From an uncultured virus (IMG/VR IMGVR_UViG_3300037851_001367) (taxonomy: Duplodnaviria > Heunggongvirae > Uroviricota > Caudoviricetes): a stretch of 55,105 nucleotides of DNA. The stretch's first letter is position 1. Every line of letters starts with the position of its first letter. The stretch lies in the IMG/VR virus record IMGVR_UViG_3300037851_001367; one strand, written 5' to 3'. Positions 9,887 through 19,152 of this stretch are shown here, one piece after another. A program made the position numbers and the translations under genes. The notes under the pieces are model-generated. The model saw only the letters and a program-made list of their open reading frames with translations, was not told the origin of the DNA and did no database searches.

Positions 9887-10281
9887 GCAGCCGCGTCAGC
9901 CCAGTCCAGCAAGAGCTTCACCGGAAGCAGCAGGAGCGCTTCTCCAAGATCGAGGCGGGCCGTCCCTGGTGGACCGGGACCTCGCCGGGCGGCAAGGTCT
10001 ACGAGGTCTTCGGAGCGAAGAAAGGGTTCACCAGCCGCCACTCCGTCGCAGTCGTGAAGGAGAAGCTGACCGAGGTCTGCGGGTGGGCCGAGAAGGAGCT
10101 CGGCCGGTACTACGGCTTCTCGCCCGTCTCGCTGATGGATGACCTGTCGGACGAGGCCATGGCGAAGGACGTCCTGACGGAGATCAGGACCCAGGAGCCT
10201 AAGGAGAGCGAAGAGTTTCTCCTGCTTGTGGCCCAGGCCCTCGTCGACGTCTTCAACGTGATGGTCCTCGACGAGTTTTGA
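9883..10281 (+). CDS. Hypothetical protein
   Basis: ATGA-coupled 132-aa ORF. Confidence 0.65.
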   Translation: MSSRVSPVQQELHRKQQERFSKIEAGRPWWTGTSPGGKVYEVFGAKKGFTSRHSVAVVKEKLTEVCGWAEKELGRYYGFSPVSLMDDLSDEAMAKDVLTEIRTQEPKESEEFLLLVAQALVDVFNVMVLDEF

Positions 10282-10954
10282 GCGCGTCCCATGCCTCGAC
10301 GACGTCGGGCTCGTAGCGCTCCAGCCGGTTGCCGAGAACGGCGAAGTGGTTTATCACCTTCGTCCCGGCGACGTACTTCTGCAGGTCCTTCTGCCGGAAA
10401 GTCGGCATGACGTGCAGGCTGGCGACGCCGGCCGACGCGAGGGCGTCCGAGACCATGCTGCGATGGCAGCGCCACCACTGGGCCTCGGAGCAGACGATGG
10501 CGACGTCCTCCCTGAGGCCGCGCTCGACGAGGTCCTTCAGTCCGCGGACCGCCTCCGGAATGGAGAGGAAGAACTGATAGTCGTACAGGCCGACGTTCGT
10601 CCAGGCGGGCTTCACGCCCGGCAGTCCGAGCTGCGGTTCGTCCGGCGCCTCGAAGTCCTTGCCGATGCGCTGCTTCGGGAACTTCCCCTTGGCGTAAACG
10701 TCGAGGTCAACGCCGCGCGGACCGAACTTTCCCTTGAACTCCAGGTGGCGCTTGGTCCAGCCTCCGAGCTGCGGCCACCACTCGTAGGCGAGCCCGGCCT
10801 TCGGCAGCCACTCCTCCATCTTCTCCTTCCAGAACCACTCCCACTTCGACGTCGGGTGCGACCGGATGTCGAGGATCGTGGAAACCTTCCGGCTCTTCGC
10901 CGCGAAGGAGAACTCGTCCTTGGTGAGCGTGGAATGGCCGAGCGTGTAAATCAC
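10253..10954 (-). CDS. DUF488 family protein
   Basis: IYTLGHS, DIRSHP, LGG and CSE..WWRCHR motifs. Confidence 0.85.
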   Translation of the reverse strand: MIYTLGHSTLTKDEFSFAAKSRKVSTILDIRSHPTSKWEWFWKEKMEEWLPKAGLAYEWWPQLGGWTKRHLEFKGKFGPRGVDLDVYAKGKFPKQRIGKDFEAPDEPQLGLPGVKPAWTNVGLYDYQFFLSIPEAVRGLKDLVERGLREDVAIVCSEAQWWRCHRSMVSDALASAGVASLHVMPTFRQKDLQKYVAGTKVINHFAVLGNRLERYEPDVVEAWDALKTRRGPSR

Positions 10955-10961
10955 GCCGCGG

Positions 10962-11465
10962 TTACTTTTCCTTCTTCTCGACTTTCTCGTCCTTGCCGAG
11001 CGAGTCGTAGTCCGGCATCGACACCGGCTTCAGCGTCGGATGCGGCGCCGGAACGGGGGCGGTCCACTCGTCCGGCTTCACGTCCTTGACCGGCTTGAGC
11101 GCGATGGGGACTGAGACGCTGAACGCTCCGGCAGGCGTCGCCGACGCTCCTGGCTTGACGGGGACGGCGACCGTGATCGCCTTGCCCTGGCCCTCGACAT
11201 AACCCCGCAGGACGGCGATCTCCAGGCTGAGCGCCTGGACCTGTAGCGAGAGCTCCTGTACCGACTTCGACTGTGCCTCGTAGGCGGCGCGCTGCTTGGA
11301 ATCGTCATGAGAGGCGGCGATGACGACGGCGATGACGGAGGCAATGACGGCAAGCGTTGCCATCACCATCGCAAACCATGGCCGAAAGTCAGGACTCCGG
11401 AAGTGCGGAATCTCGATCTCCAGCTGGTCGGTCGGCTTCAGTGACTTCACGCTTGACGAGTCCAT
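10962..11465 (-). CDS. Membrane-anchored coiled-coil protein (resembles 26239-26739)
   Basis: hydrophobic helix, coiled coil ending LRGY, Pro-rich tail. Confidence 0.7.
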   Translation of the reverse strand: MDSSSVKSLKPTDQLEIEIPHFRSPDFRPWFAMVMATLAVIASVIAVVIAASHDDSKQRAAYEAQSKSVQELSLQVQALSLEIAVLRGYVEGQGKAITVAVPVKPGASATPAGAFSVSVPIALKPVKDVKPDEWTAPVPAPHPTLKPVSMPDYDSLGKDEKVEKKEK

Positions 11466-11838
11466 TCTCCACCGTATCGGGTGAGAGCCTCGTCTGAAGC
11501 AGGGATAGAAGCTTCATCCGCTCCGCGTCGGTCCGGTCGCGCAGCTCCATCGCCTCGTCGAACAGGAGGTGGAACTCGTCGTCCTTCGACTCTAGGAGCT
11601 TCATCCTCGCCCGGACCTGGAACTCGTTGAGCTTCGTCCCGAAGGCGGCGTTCATCCGGGCCGCGACGCCCTTCCAGCCCCCGGTCATGACGCAGTTGCC
11701 GCGCCAGTCGTACCGCAGGTCGTCCTTCTCCTCATCCCACTCGTTCGCGTCGAGGACGAACATGTAGAGGTGGACGTCGTGCTCCCTCTGGAAGTAGAAC
11801 CGCTTCTTTCCCCTCTTCCAGTCCGCCTCGGCCTGCAC
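11389..11838 (-). CDS. Hypothetical protein
   Basis: GTAAGAT-N6-GTG start, coding-like composition. Confidence 0.65.
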   Translation of the reverse strand: MQAEADWKRGKKRFYFQREHDVHLYMFVLDANEWDEEKDDLRYDWRGNCVMTGGWKGVAARMNAAFGTKLNEFQVRARMKLLESKDDEFHLLFDEAMELRDRTDAERMKLLSLLQTRLSPDTVENGLVKREVTEADRPAGDRDSALPES

Positions 11839-11905
11839 GGCGCGATCTTACCCTTACCCTTTTGACACTTTCGGATTCGTAACTCTCTTGTCGGGTTACG
11901 ATGAT

Positions 11906-12328
11906 ATGAACAGAACCTGCACGCGGTGCTTGCTTCCGAAGCATGTCGACGAGTTCAGTCCGAAGAGCAAGACCAACCCGGCGCGGAGGCAGTCACGTTG
12001 CAAGCCGTGCATGGTGGAGGTCCAGAAAGAACATCGTCACGCAAATCCTGGAAGTCAACAGGCCCGGAACGCTCGACTCCGACAGCGGCTCCGGGAGTTC
12101 ATCGACGAGGTGAAGAGGGTTCCTTGTAAGGACTGTAAGCGACGTTTCCCTCCGTACGTCATGGACTTCGATCATCTGGATCGGAAACAGAAGATGGCGA
12201 ATGTCGCCTACCTTGTGAAGCACGGCTGTAGCGCCAAGCTTCTCGAAGAGATCAAGAAATGTGACGTCATCTGCGCGAACTGTCATAGGATCAGAACGCA
12301 CGAACGCGGCCATTATTTGCCGGTGTAG
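11906..12328 (+). CDS. HNH endonuclease (possible homing endonuclease)
   Basis: CxxC pairs, DFDHL...CANCHRIRTH; stop codon lies inside tRNA-Thr. Confidence 0.8.
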   Translation: MNRTCTRCLLPKHVDEFSPKSKTNPARRQSRCKPCMVEVQKEHRHANPGSQQARNARLRQRLREFIDEVKRVPCKDCKRRFPPYVMDFDHLDRKQKMANVAYLVKHGCSAKLLEEIKKCDVICANCHRIRTHERGHYLPV

Positions 12329-12395
12329 CCCTCGTGGGAGGGCACCTGTTTCGTAATCAGGTATGAGGGTGGTTCGACTCCACTCACCGGCTCCA
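12319..12395 (+). tRNA. tRNA-Thr(CGT)
   Basis: cloverleaf, loop TTCGTAA, encoded CCA. Confidence 0.88.
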
Positions 12396-12462
12396 TTCTG
12401 CGTTGCTTCCTCCCTCGTGCCCCGGCCAAGGCCGGTAGTGCGGAGAGGGACAGCGTAGGAGT

Positions 12463-12535
12463 GCGGGCGCAGCCCCAACGGTGGGGCGCCACGTTCCCAA
12501 CGTGGACTCGGCGGGTTCGATCCCCGTCGCCCGCT
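12463..12535 (+). tRNA. tRNA-Gly(CCC)
   Basis: cloverleaf, loop TTCCCAA. Confidence 0.88.
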
Positions 12536-12624
12536 CTGCAGTAAATGCCTCTGGAGCCGGATGGTCCGGCGGGGCAAGGAGAGAAGAGACAGAGAAAGAG
12601 GGACTGGCAATCCCGCTCACGCCA

Positions 12625-13788
12625 ATGAAGACGCATGTGAACGTCGGAACCATCGGGCACGTCGACCACGGCAAGACCACCACGACCGCGGCCATCCTCG
12701 CCGTTCAGGCCCAGGACAAGCTCGCCAAGGTCAAGAGCTACGGCGACATCGCCAAGGGCGGCACCGTCCGTGACGAGACCAAGACCGTGACCATCGCCAT
12801 CTCTCACGTCGAGTATGAGTCGGCGACCCGGCACTACGCCCACATCGACTGCCCCGGCCACGCCGACTACATCAAGAACATGATCACCGGAGCCGCCCAG
12901 ATGGACGGCGCGGTGCTTCTGGTGGACGGCTCGCAGGGCCCGCAGCACCAGACCAAGGAGCACATCCTTCTGGCGCGGCAGGTCGGCGTCGAGAAGATCG
13001 TGGTCTTCATCAACAAGGTGGACGTCTCGGACCCCGAGCTGCTCGACCTCGTGGAGATGGAGGCCAGGGAGCGCCTGGAGCTGCACGGCTACAAGGACTC
13101 GCCCTTCGTCAGGGGCTCGGCGCTGAAGGCGCTGCGCAACCCGAAGGAGGACGGGGACTGCATCCGGCAGCTGGTCGCCGCGATGGACGCCCACATCCCC
13201 GACCCGAAGCGCGACTTCGACTCGCCGTTCATGATGCCGATCGAGGGCGTGCACACGATCGAGGGTCGAGGCACGGTCGTCACGGGCCGCATCGAGCGCG
13301 GAGTCCTCCCCGTCAACGCGACGGTGGAGCTCATCGGGCTCGTCGGCGCGGACGAGAAGCCCCGCCAGATCGTCGTCACGGGAATCCAGATGTTCCACAA
13401 GGACCAGAAGGAAGCCCGGGCCGGCGAGAACTGCGGGCTCCTGCTCCGCGGCGTGGCGCGCGACGAGGTCGTCCGCGGCCAGGTGCTCATCGCGCCCGGC
13501 TCGGTCAAGCCGAGGACGAAGGCCAAGGCCAAGATGTTCGTCATCCCGAAGGAGGAGGGCGGCCGTCACACCCCGATCTACAAGGGGTACCGCCCGCAGT
13601 TCTTCTTCGGCACCACGGACGTCACGGGCACGCTGACGGACCTCGGCGGCGAGATGATCCTCCCCGGCGGCAACGCCGAGGTCGACATCGAGCTGACGAA
13701 GCCCGTTGGGATGGAGGCTGGCTCCAGGTTCGCCGTCCGTGAGGGCAGCAAGACCGTCGGCGCCGGCATTGTCCTGAGCGTCGAGTAA
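12625..13788 (+). CDS. tuf: Elongation factor Tu
   Basis: [56 protein letters not shown]; start could be a few codons upstream. Confidence 0.97.
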   Translation: MKTHVNVGTIGHVDHGKTTTTAAILAVQAQDKLAKVKSYGDIAKGGTVRDETKTVTIAISHVEYESATRHYAHIDCPGHADYIKNMITGAAQMDGAVLLVDGSQGPQHQTKEHILLARQVGVEKIVVFINKVDVSDPELLDLVEMEARERLELHGYKDSPFVRGSALKALRNPKEDGDCIRQLVAAMDAHIPDPKRDFDSPFMMPIEGVHTIEGRGTVVTGRIERGVLPVNATVELIGLVGADEKPRQIVVTGIQMFHKDQKEARAGENCGLLLRGVARDEVVRGQVLIAPGSVKPRTKAKAKMFVIPKEEGGRHTPIYKGYRPQFFFGTTDVTGTLTDLGGEMILPGGNAEVDIELTKPVGMEAGSRFAVREGSKTVGAGIVLSVE

Positions 13789-13796
13789 CGTAGACT

Positions 13797-14175
13797 GCGG
13801 GTTCGAATCCCGATACCGTTTCGCGCGTCACCCGCCTGACAAGCGGGCGCTAGGTCGGTACCAGCAGGTAGTCGCAAATACCCTAGGCCGCGATCAGTCA
13901 TGGCGAGACACTTCGCCCGGGTCCGGCCCCTTCGGGGGCCGGACGCCGACAAACCGTAAATCCGACTCCTTCCACTGTAGAGTTCCCGTTCAGGAGGTTG
14001 CCATGTTCTCGACCCTCGCCAGCTGCGTGTGACGTAAGTCACGCGGAGGCTTACCGTCACGCGCTCCCCACGCAGGCCCGTCCGCGGGCTGTCCGGGGAT
14101 TGAGCTGAAGCCGAAGGGCTGAGGTCGCGGGTTTTCTCCCCGGCCGCCCGCGTCCGCGCGTTCCTAACGCGGCGT
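13797..14175 (+). ncRNA. Candidate structured ncRNA containing tRNA-like arms
   Basis: T-arm 13798-13812, anticodon-like arm 13831-13847, several GC hairpins with UUCG or GNRA loops. Confidence 0.45.
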
Positions 14176-14186
14176 TGGTGGTCATC

Positions 14187-14465
14187 ATGGCAAGTACAGG
14201 CAAGGGCGCCCTTTCGAGGCGCCGCAAGCGTCGTCTGTCCGAGAAGCGTGCTCGCAAGGCGGCCGAGAAGGCCAAGTACGAGCTCTGGAAGTCCCTCGGT
14301 CAGAACCAGAAGTCAAAGCGCGCGAAGCTTCGCGCGAAGCAGCTCCACAAGGTGAAGCTTCGCAAGTCGCGTCACGCGGGAGGTCCGTGCGGAAACGTCG
14401 GCTGCAAGCACTGCAACCCGGAGCCGTACAACCTTCTTACTCCCCGCCTGCTGGCGGCGGAATGA
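14187..14465 (+). CDS. Very basic small protein with C-terminal Cys cluster
   Basis: K/R-rich; CGNVGCKHC. Confidence 0.7.
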   Translation: MASTGKGALSRRRKRRLSEKRARKAAEKAKYELWKSLGQNQKSKRAKLRAKQLHKVKLRKSRHAGGPCGNVGCKHCNPEPYNLLTPRLLAAE

Positions 14466-14503
14466 TCGTGCAGGGGCCGCGCCGCGCGCGGCCGGCCCCG
14501 TCT

Positions 14504-14575
14504 GCGGCTGTCTCCTCAAGGTGAGGAATCTCGTTGCCAACGAGAACCCGGCGGGTTCGATTCCCGTCAGCCGCT
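14504..14575 (+). tRNA. tRNA-Gly(GCC)
   Basis: cloverleaf, loop TTGCCAA. Confidence 0.88.
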
Positions 14576-14579
14576 CCGT

Positions 14580-14654
14580 GTCAGAGTGGAGCAGCGGTAG
14601 CTTGTCGGGCTCATAACCCGAAGGTCGCAGGTTCAAATCCTGCCTCTGACCCCA
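14580..14654 (+). tRNA. tRNA-Met(CAT), initiator-like body
   Basis: TGGAGCAG D-arm, GGG/CCC anticodon stem, TTCAAAT T-loop; G1:C72 is paired. Confidence 0.88.
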
Positions 14655-14684
14655 TTTGTACGGTAGAACAAAAGGAGTTCTACC

Positions 14685-15191
14685 ATGCGTCGGTGCGGAA
14701 ACTGCGGAGGCCCTCATCCATATTGGGCCGTCGTCGACGGGAAGAGTAGGAATCTCGGAAATCGCAAAGCGTGCTTGGAGTGCATGCCTTACGGTTCCAA
14801 GTCCCCGCTCCGTCCTCGGCCTGTCCATGAAACGTGTTCTCTCTGCGGGAGGGAAAACGGGTCTTCCAGGAGGAAGCGCTGCGGATCTTGCAATACAAGG
14901 ATCCGCAGATTCAGAACGAAGGCGGCAGCCATCGCTCTGCTCGGAGGGAAATGTCAGAACGCCGAGTGCGGGTGGACGGGGCCACAGGCTGGCTTCTCCT
15001 TTCATCATACTGGGGGTAAGGATTTCACGATCGGGAACGTCTCCAACAAGAGTTGGGACCGCATCAAGAAGGAGCTTCAGAAATGCGTGTTGCTCTGCGT
15101 CCGGTGTCACGCTCTCAAACACTCTTCGAGGGAAGATGCCAAGCTCATCGCAGAGGCAGAGAGATGTCAGGGCCGTGAGCTAGTTCGGTAA
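14685..15191 (+). CDS. HNH-type endonuclease with Zn ribbons
   Basis: multiple CxxC, FSFHH...CVLLCVRCHALKH; 3' end overlaps tRNA-Phe. Confidence 0.78.
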   Translation: MRRCGNCGGPHPYWAVVDGKSRNLGNRKACLECMPYGSKSPLRPRPVHETCSLCGRENGSSRRKRCGSCNTRIRRFRTKAAAIALLGGKCQNAECGWTGPQAGFSFHHTGGKDFTIGNVSNKSWDRIKKELQKCVLLCVRCHALKHSSREDAKLIAEAERCQGRELVR

Positions 15192-15244
15192 TTCAGCGTC
15201 CGCCTGAAGAGCGGAAGAACTCGGTTCGACTCCGAGACGGCCCA
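15170..15244 (+). tRNA. tRNA-Phe(GAA)
   Basis: cloverleaf, loop CTGAAGA. Confidence 0.85.
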
Positions 15245-15245
15245 C

Positions 15246-15321
15246 CGCGGGAAGGGTAGCTTTAGTCCCAACTCGGCCTCATAAGCCAAGCCTTCCGGAT
15301 GCAACACCGGTCCCGCAACCA
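15246..15321 (+). tRNA. Atypical tRNA-Met(CAT) with C1:A72 mismatch
   Basis: CGCGGGA/TCCCGCA-A-CCA, loop CTCATAA, non-canonical T-loop. Confidence 0.7.
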
Positions 15322-15322
15322 A

Positions 15323-15395
15323 GGCGACTTAGCTCAAATGGTAGAGCACTGGCTTGAAACCCCAGGTGTAGCCGGTTCGATTCCGGCAGTCGCCA
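15323..15395 (+). tRNA. tRNA-Phe(GAA)
   Basis: cloverleaf, loop TTGAAAC. Confidence 0.88.
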
Positions 15396-15587
15396 CTACA
15401 GGTCCCGGGAGGACCTTCCGACGTGGAAACCGAGCTCGGTCGCCACGGCCCACGTGGCAGCGCAGAGCAGGACGATCAGGTGGCAGTCGTCCCCATGGGA
15501 CTTCCACCTCCAGGCCCCTGCCGCCAGGAGCAGCGCGACCCCAAAGGCCTGCGTTGCACGAAACTGCCACCTCACACAACACGATAC

Positions 15588-15658
15588 TGCGGGTTCGTCC
15601 AATGGCAGGACAGCGGTCTTTGGAACCGTGAATCAGGGTTCGACCCCCTGACCCGCAA
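15588..15658 (+). tRNA. tRNA-Gln(TTG)
   Basis: cloverleaf, loop CTTTGGA. Confidence 0.88.
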
Positions 15659-15751
15659 CCGGCGATCGCAAGTCGCCTCCGAGCGGCTGTACGCTCGGCC
15701 TCAACCACGCAACTCGCCCGGGCGACCGGGCACCACGCGGAGACGCATACC

Positions 15752-17620
15752 ATGGACGAGCAGAAGAGGATCGAGAACCTCGGCCCGGCCGAGCGCATCA
15801 TCAACGCGCTCCTGGCCTACACCGACCACATGTACCACAACCGCCCGGGCTTCGTCGTTCCGGACGCGCGCCACAACATCGGCGTGCGCTGGGAGTACGC
15901 CGTGCCCGCCGACGAGGAGGGCAAGCGCGTCCTCAACCGCATCGTCGGCAAGGGCCGCAAGGCGACCAAGACGAAGATCGGCGAGATCCGCGCGGACGGC
16001 AAGGTCGTCAGCAACGGCCAGGTCGTCGGCGAGTACCGCGAGGCCGGCATCTTCCCCGAGGTCGCGGCCTGGATGTACCGGCAGGTGGCGGAGGTCTGGA
16101 GGCTCGACAACGAGTTCGCGGCCCGCTGGGCATCGCACGCGTTCAAGCAGGACCACCGTGACCTCAAGGTCGTTCTCGCGGCCTTCATGCTCTGCCAGTC
16201 CCGCAAGGGCGACCCGGTGAAGGAGGGCGACAAGGTCCTCTTCCACGACGAGGACTTCCGCGACGTCGGCGAGGCCATGGCCCTCACCTACGAGGGCAAG
16301 GACTCGAAGAAGGACATGTCGCCGAAGATGCTGCTCCGCATCTACGAGGTGCTCAAGGTCCCGGCCGTCGCCGAGATCAACCGTGAGTTCGGCTTCGGCC
16401 GCTCGGCGCGGAACGCACACCTCGGCCGCTGGGAGAAGGCCGTCCACAAGTGGCTCCAGTTCCGCGAGGAGAACCCCAAGCTCCTGGCGGGCCTGGTGAA
16501 GGCCGGCTTCAAGTCGACCGTCCAGGACCTCGTCCGCATCTCCGGCTACAAGCCGGAGTCGCCGAAGTTCTTCGAAGCCCTGCGCTGGAAGCAGTCGCAG
16601 GCGAAGGACGGCCGTCGCACCATCCTCTCCGTCGAAGTCTCGGCGGCCGAGTCCTGGGGCGACCTGACGGAGGAGCAGATCTGCGAGCGGATCGTGCGCG
16701 ACAAGCCGTCGTGGAAGAAGGCAGCGTCCATGCTGCCCAAGCACCTCGGTGTGACGCGGGCGATCATGACGGCGGCCATCGAGGCGGGCTCGCTCTCCTC
16801 GAAGGACCTCATCATCGCGCTCCCGACCCTCGAAGACCTGGGCTTGCTCAAGGTCCAGGAGGTCAAGGATCGCGTCGACAAGGCGGTCCGCGAGGCGGAG
16901 GACATGCGCGCGGCGAACGTCGCCGCTCGGCTCCGCACGAAGGAGGCCAAGGACAAGGCTCAGGAGGCCGCGGACAACGCGGTGAAGAAGGCAGTCGAGG
17001 AGGTCACCAAGAACCTCCGCGTCTACTTCATGGTCGACATCTCCGGCTCGATGGAGCAGTCCATCGAGGAGGCGAAGCGGCACATCGCGCGGTTCCTCCA
17101 GGCTTTCCCGCCCGATCAGATCCACGTGGCCGTGTTCAACACGTCCGGCCGCGAGGTGAAGATCCCGCACCCGTCCGCCGCCGGGGTCGAAAACGCCTTC
17201 CGCGGCATCCGCGCGGGCGGCGGGACCGACTACGGTTCGGGCGTCCGAGCCCTCCAGCACTTCAAGCCCAAGGAGGACGAGGACGTTCTCTTCTTCTTCG
17301 TGGGTGACGAGGAGGCGAACGGGTTCGATCAGGCAGTTCGGCAGTCGGGACTCAACCCGATGGCGTTCGGCCTCGTGAAGATCCGCAACTCGCCGCACGT
17401 CTGCGTTCAGGGTTCGGCTGCAGCCCTCGGGATTCCGTGCTTCCTGGTCGACGAGGCAACCTTCGCCGACCCGTACGCGATCCCGAGGACGATCCGCAAC
17501 CTCATCGCGGCCACGCCGGTCAACAAGATCCAGGGGCGCGCGCCCGCCGCACCGCGGCTGACGCTCGTCGACACGATCCTCAAGACCGACCTCCTGAAGA
17601 AGCCGGCCTGGGCGACGTGA
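15752..17620 (+). CDS. vWA-domain protein with a long helical N-terminus; Ro60/TROVE-like by architecture
   Basis: C-terminal MIDAS VDISGSM, GGTDY, VGDEE. The vWA call is firm; the TROVE call is inferred from size, domain layout and the nearby RNA array. Confidence 0.75.
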   Translation: MDEQKRIENLGPAERIINALLAYTDHMYHNRPGFVVPDARHNIGVRWEYAVPADEEGKRVLNRIVGKGRKATKTKIGEIRADGKVVSNGQVVGEYREAGIFPEVAAWMYRQVAEVWRLDNEFAARWASHAFKQDHRDLKVVLAAFMLCQSRKGDPVKEGDKVLFHDEDFRDVGEAMALTYEGKDSKKDMSPKMLLRIYEVLKVPAVAEINREFGFGRSARNAHLGRWEKAVHKWLQFREENPKLLAGLVKAGFKSTVQDLVRISGYKPESPKFFEALRWKQSQAKDGRRTILSVEVSAAESWGDLTEEQICERIVRDKPSWKKAASMLPKHLGVTRAIMTAAIEAGSLSSKDLIIALPTLEDLGLLKVQEVKDRVDKAVREAEDMRAANVAARLRTKEAKDKAQEAADNAVKKAVEEVTKNLRVYFMVDISGSMEQSIEEAKRHIARFLQAFPPDQIHVAVFNTSGREVKIPHPSAAGVENAFRGIRAGGGTDYGSGVRALQHFKPKEDEDVLFFFVGDEEANGFDQAVRQSGLNPMAFGLVKIRNSPHVCVQGSAAALGIPCFLVDEATFADPYAIPRTIRNLIAATPVNKIQGRAPAAPRLTLVDTILKTDLLKKPAWAT

Positions 17621-17632
17621 ACAGCTGAGGAC

Positions 17633-17672
17633 CCGTCCGTCCACAGGCCTTCCACAGGCTGTGGACGGACGG
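17633..17672 (+). terminator. Strong hairpin after the vWA gene
   Basis: perfect 14-bp stem CCGTCCGTCCACAG/CTGTGGACGGACGG with no U-tract. Confidence 0.5.
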
Positions 17673-17708
17673 AAGTCCGAGGCCGCCATCCGTAACCGGC
17701 GATCCTCG

Positions 17709-17900
17709 ATGAAGCTGAGCGTCACGATCGGCAAGACCAAGTACGAGCTGGAGGAGACCAGCACTCCCCACTTCCTCAAGCTGACCAAGAGCGGGCCTGG
17801 AGAGCAGACGTTCTTCATCCCGCGCTCCCTGGTCCTCGACTACGTCGCCAAGAAGGGAAGCCCGCGGCTGGCGGACATGGTCGCCAAGGAGCTGGGCTGA
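17709..17900 (+). CDS. Small hypothetical protein
   Basis: MKLSVTIG...; TGATG coupling to the next gene. Confidence 0.65.
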   Translation: MKLSVTIGKTKYELEETSTPHFLKLTKSGPGEQTFFIPRSLVLDYVAKKGSPRLADMVAKELG

Positions 17901-18904
17901 TGGGCTGGAGGGATCATCTGCAGAAGGAGGAAGAGACCGTCGTCCTTCCGTGGTTCGCCGGGCGGGAAATCCGCTCCGCCGACCGCGTCTTCAACATCCA
18001 GGGCAAGCTCCCGCGAGAGCCGGGCTGGAACACCTTCTCCGTCAAGGGAAGGACGGCAAGGCTGCTCGAAGGAGAGGAGGCCAAGCTCCGGGCGGAGCAG
18101 AACGTCCTTCCGCCCGGCTCGCTTCAGTCCGAAGTCTCGGGCTACCTCGTCGGCGACCGGTTTATCCGTGACGACGCGGTGGTCGACCCCGACCCCGCCA
18201 GGATTGCCGAGCAGTCCGAGCAGATCTGGTTTGTCGAGGAGGGCCTCGACAGGTTTACGCGCGTGGAGGCAGGACGCGTGCACGAGGGCGGCCCGCTCAT
18301 CTTCGCCGGCATGGCCTTCCCGCTGGGCCCCGAGGACGAAGTCACCCGGGCCTTTCAGGACCGCAAGCCTTCAGTCTCCGACATCAAGGGGGTCGTTCCA
18401 GCCCTCGACGCCGCCTTCCGCATGGAGTCTTGGCGCCGGTCGGAGACCGAGCGCCTCCGAGCGGAGGCCGAAGAGCGAAGGCGGCGGGAGGAGGAGCAGC
18501 GCCGCAGGGAGGAGCAGCGGCAGGAGCTCGTCCGACAGCTCGGCGACGGTGCCGGCCGGCGGGCCATGGCCGCAGTCGACTTTGACGCCGCCGCCAGGGC
18601 CGCGCTCCAGGTCGGCGGGGCCGAGTTCCTCGACGCGCGGCAGTCCCGCAACCGTAACGAAATGGTCGTCACCTTCCGGTTCCACAACCGAAGGTTCGAG
18701 TGCACTTGCGACCGCTTCACCCTTCAGATCATCGACGCAGGCATCTGCCTCGTCAACCACGCCACCGGCGAGAAGGGTGACGCCTACTTCACTCTGGAGT
18801 CCTTCCCGGCGGTCATCGCCCAGGCGGAGCGCGAGAGAAGGCTCGTCGTCTGGAGGCACGTCGACGGTGTCGACGACCGGGACCGGGAGGACTGGGACGA
18901 TTGA
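17900..18904 (+). CDS. Hypothetical protein with coiled coil and putative divergent E2 (UBC-like) C-terminal domain
   Basis: IIDAGICL...FTLESFPAVI resembles the E2 G-x-ICL...T-L/I active-site region; sits in an operon with JAB, Ubl and E1. Confidence 0.55.
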   Translation: MGWRDHLQKEEETVVLPWFAGREIRSADRVFNIQGKLPREPGWNTFSVKGRTARLLEGEEAKLRAEQNVLPPGSLQSEVSGYLVGDRFIRDDAVVDPDPARIAEQSEQIWFVEEGLDRFTRVEAGRVHEGGPLIFAGMAFPLGPEDEVTRAFQDRKPSVSDIKGVVPALDAAFRMESWRRSETERLRAEAEERRRREEEQRRREEQRQELVRQLGDGAGRRAMAAVDFDAAARAALQVGGAEFLDARQSRNRNEMVVTFRFHNRRFECTCDRFTLQIIDAGICLVNHATGEKGDAYFTLESFPAVIAQAERERRLVVWRHVDGVDDRDREDWDD

Positions 18905-19152
18905 AGCACTCCTGGATCCGGGACCCTCCCGAGGAGTGGAAGGCCCTGAAGGACAAGCAGGCCGAACGGTTCCCGGGATGGGTCGAGATCTTCTTCGAGT
19001 GCTCGGCCTGCGGGTGCGTCGGCCACGTGATGTACAAGGACGGCCCGGTGCCGGACGCTCCGGCGGAGGCACAGAACATCTTGAGCAAGCAGGTGGTCGA
19101 CGTCGACGGCGACTGTAACGAGCAGATCGTGGACAATGTTCATGCCTTCTAA
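18901..19152 (+). CDS. Small Zn-finger-like protein with VxxVHxx tail
   Basis: HSW...CSACG...CNEQIVDNVHAF-stop. Confidence 0.7.
   Translation: MKHSWIRDPPEEWKALKDKQAERFPGWVEIFFECSACGCVGHVMYKDGPVPDAPAEAQNILSKQVVDVDGDCNEQIVDNVHAF

Noticed and set aside
13797..14175. tmRNA, standard or two-piece
   Set aside because: There is no Ala acceptor stem with G3:U70 and CCA, and no convincing tag reading frame.
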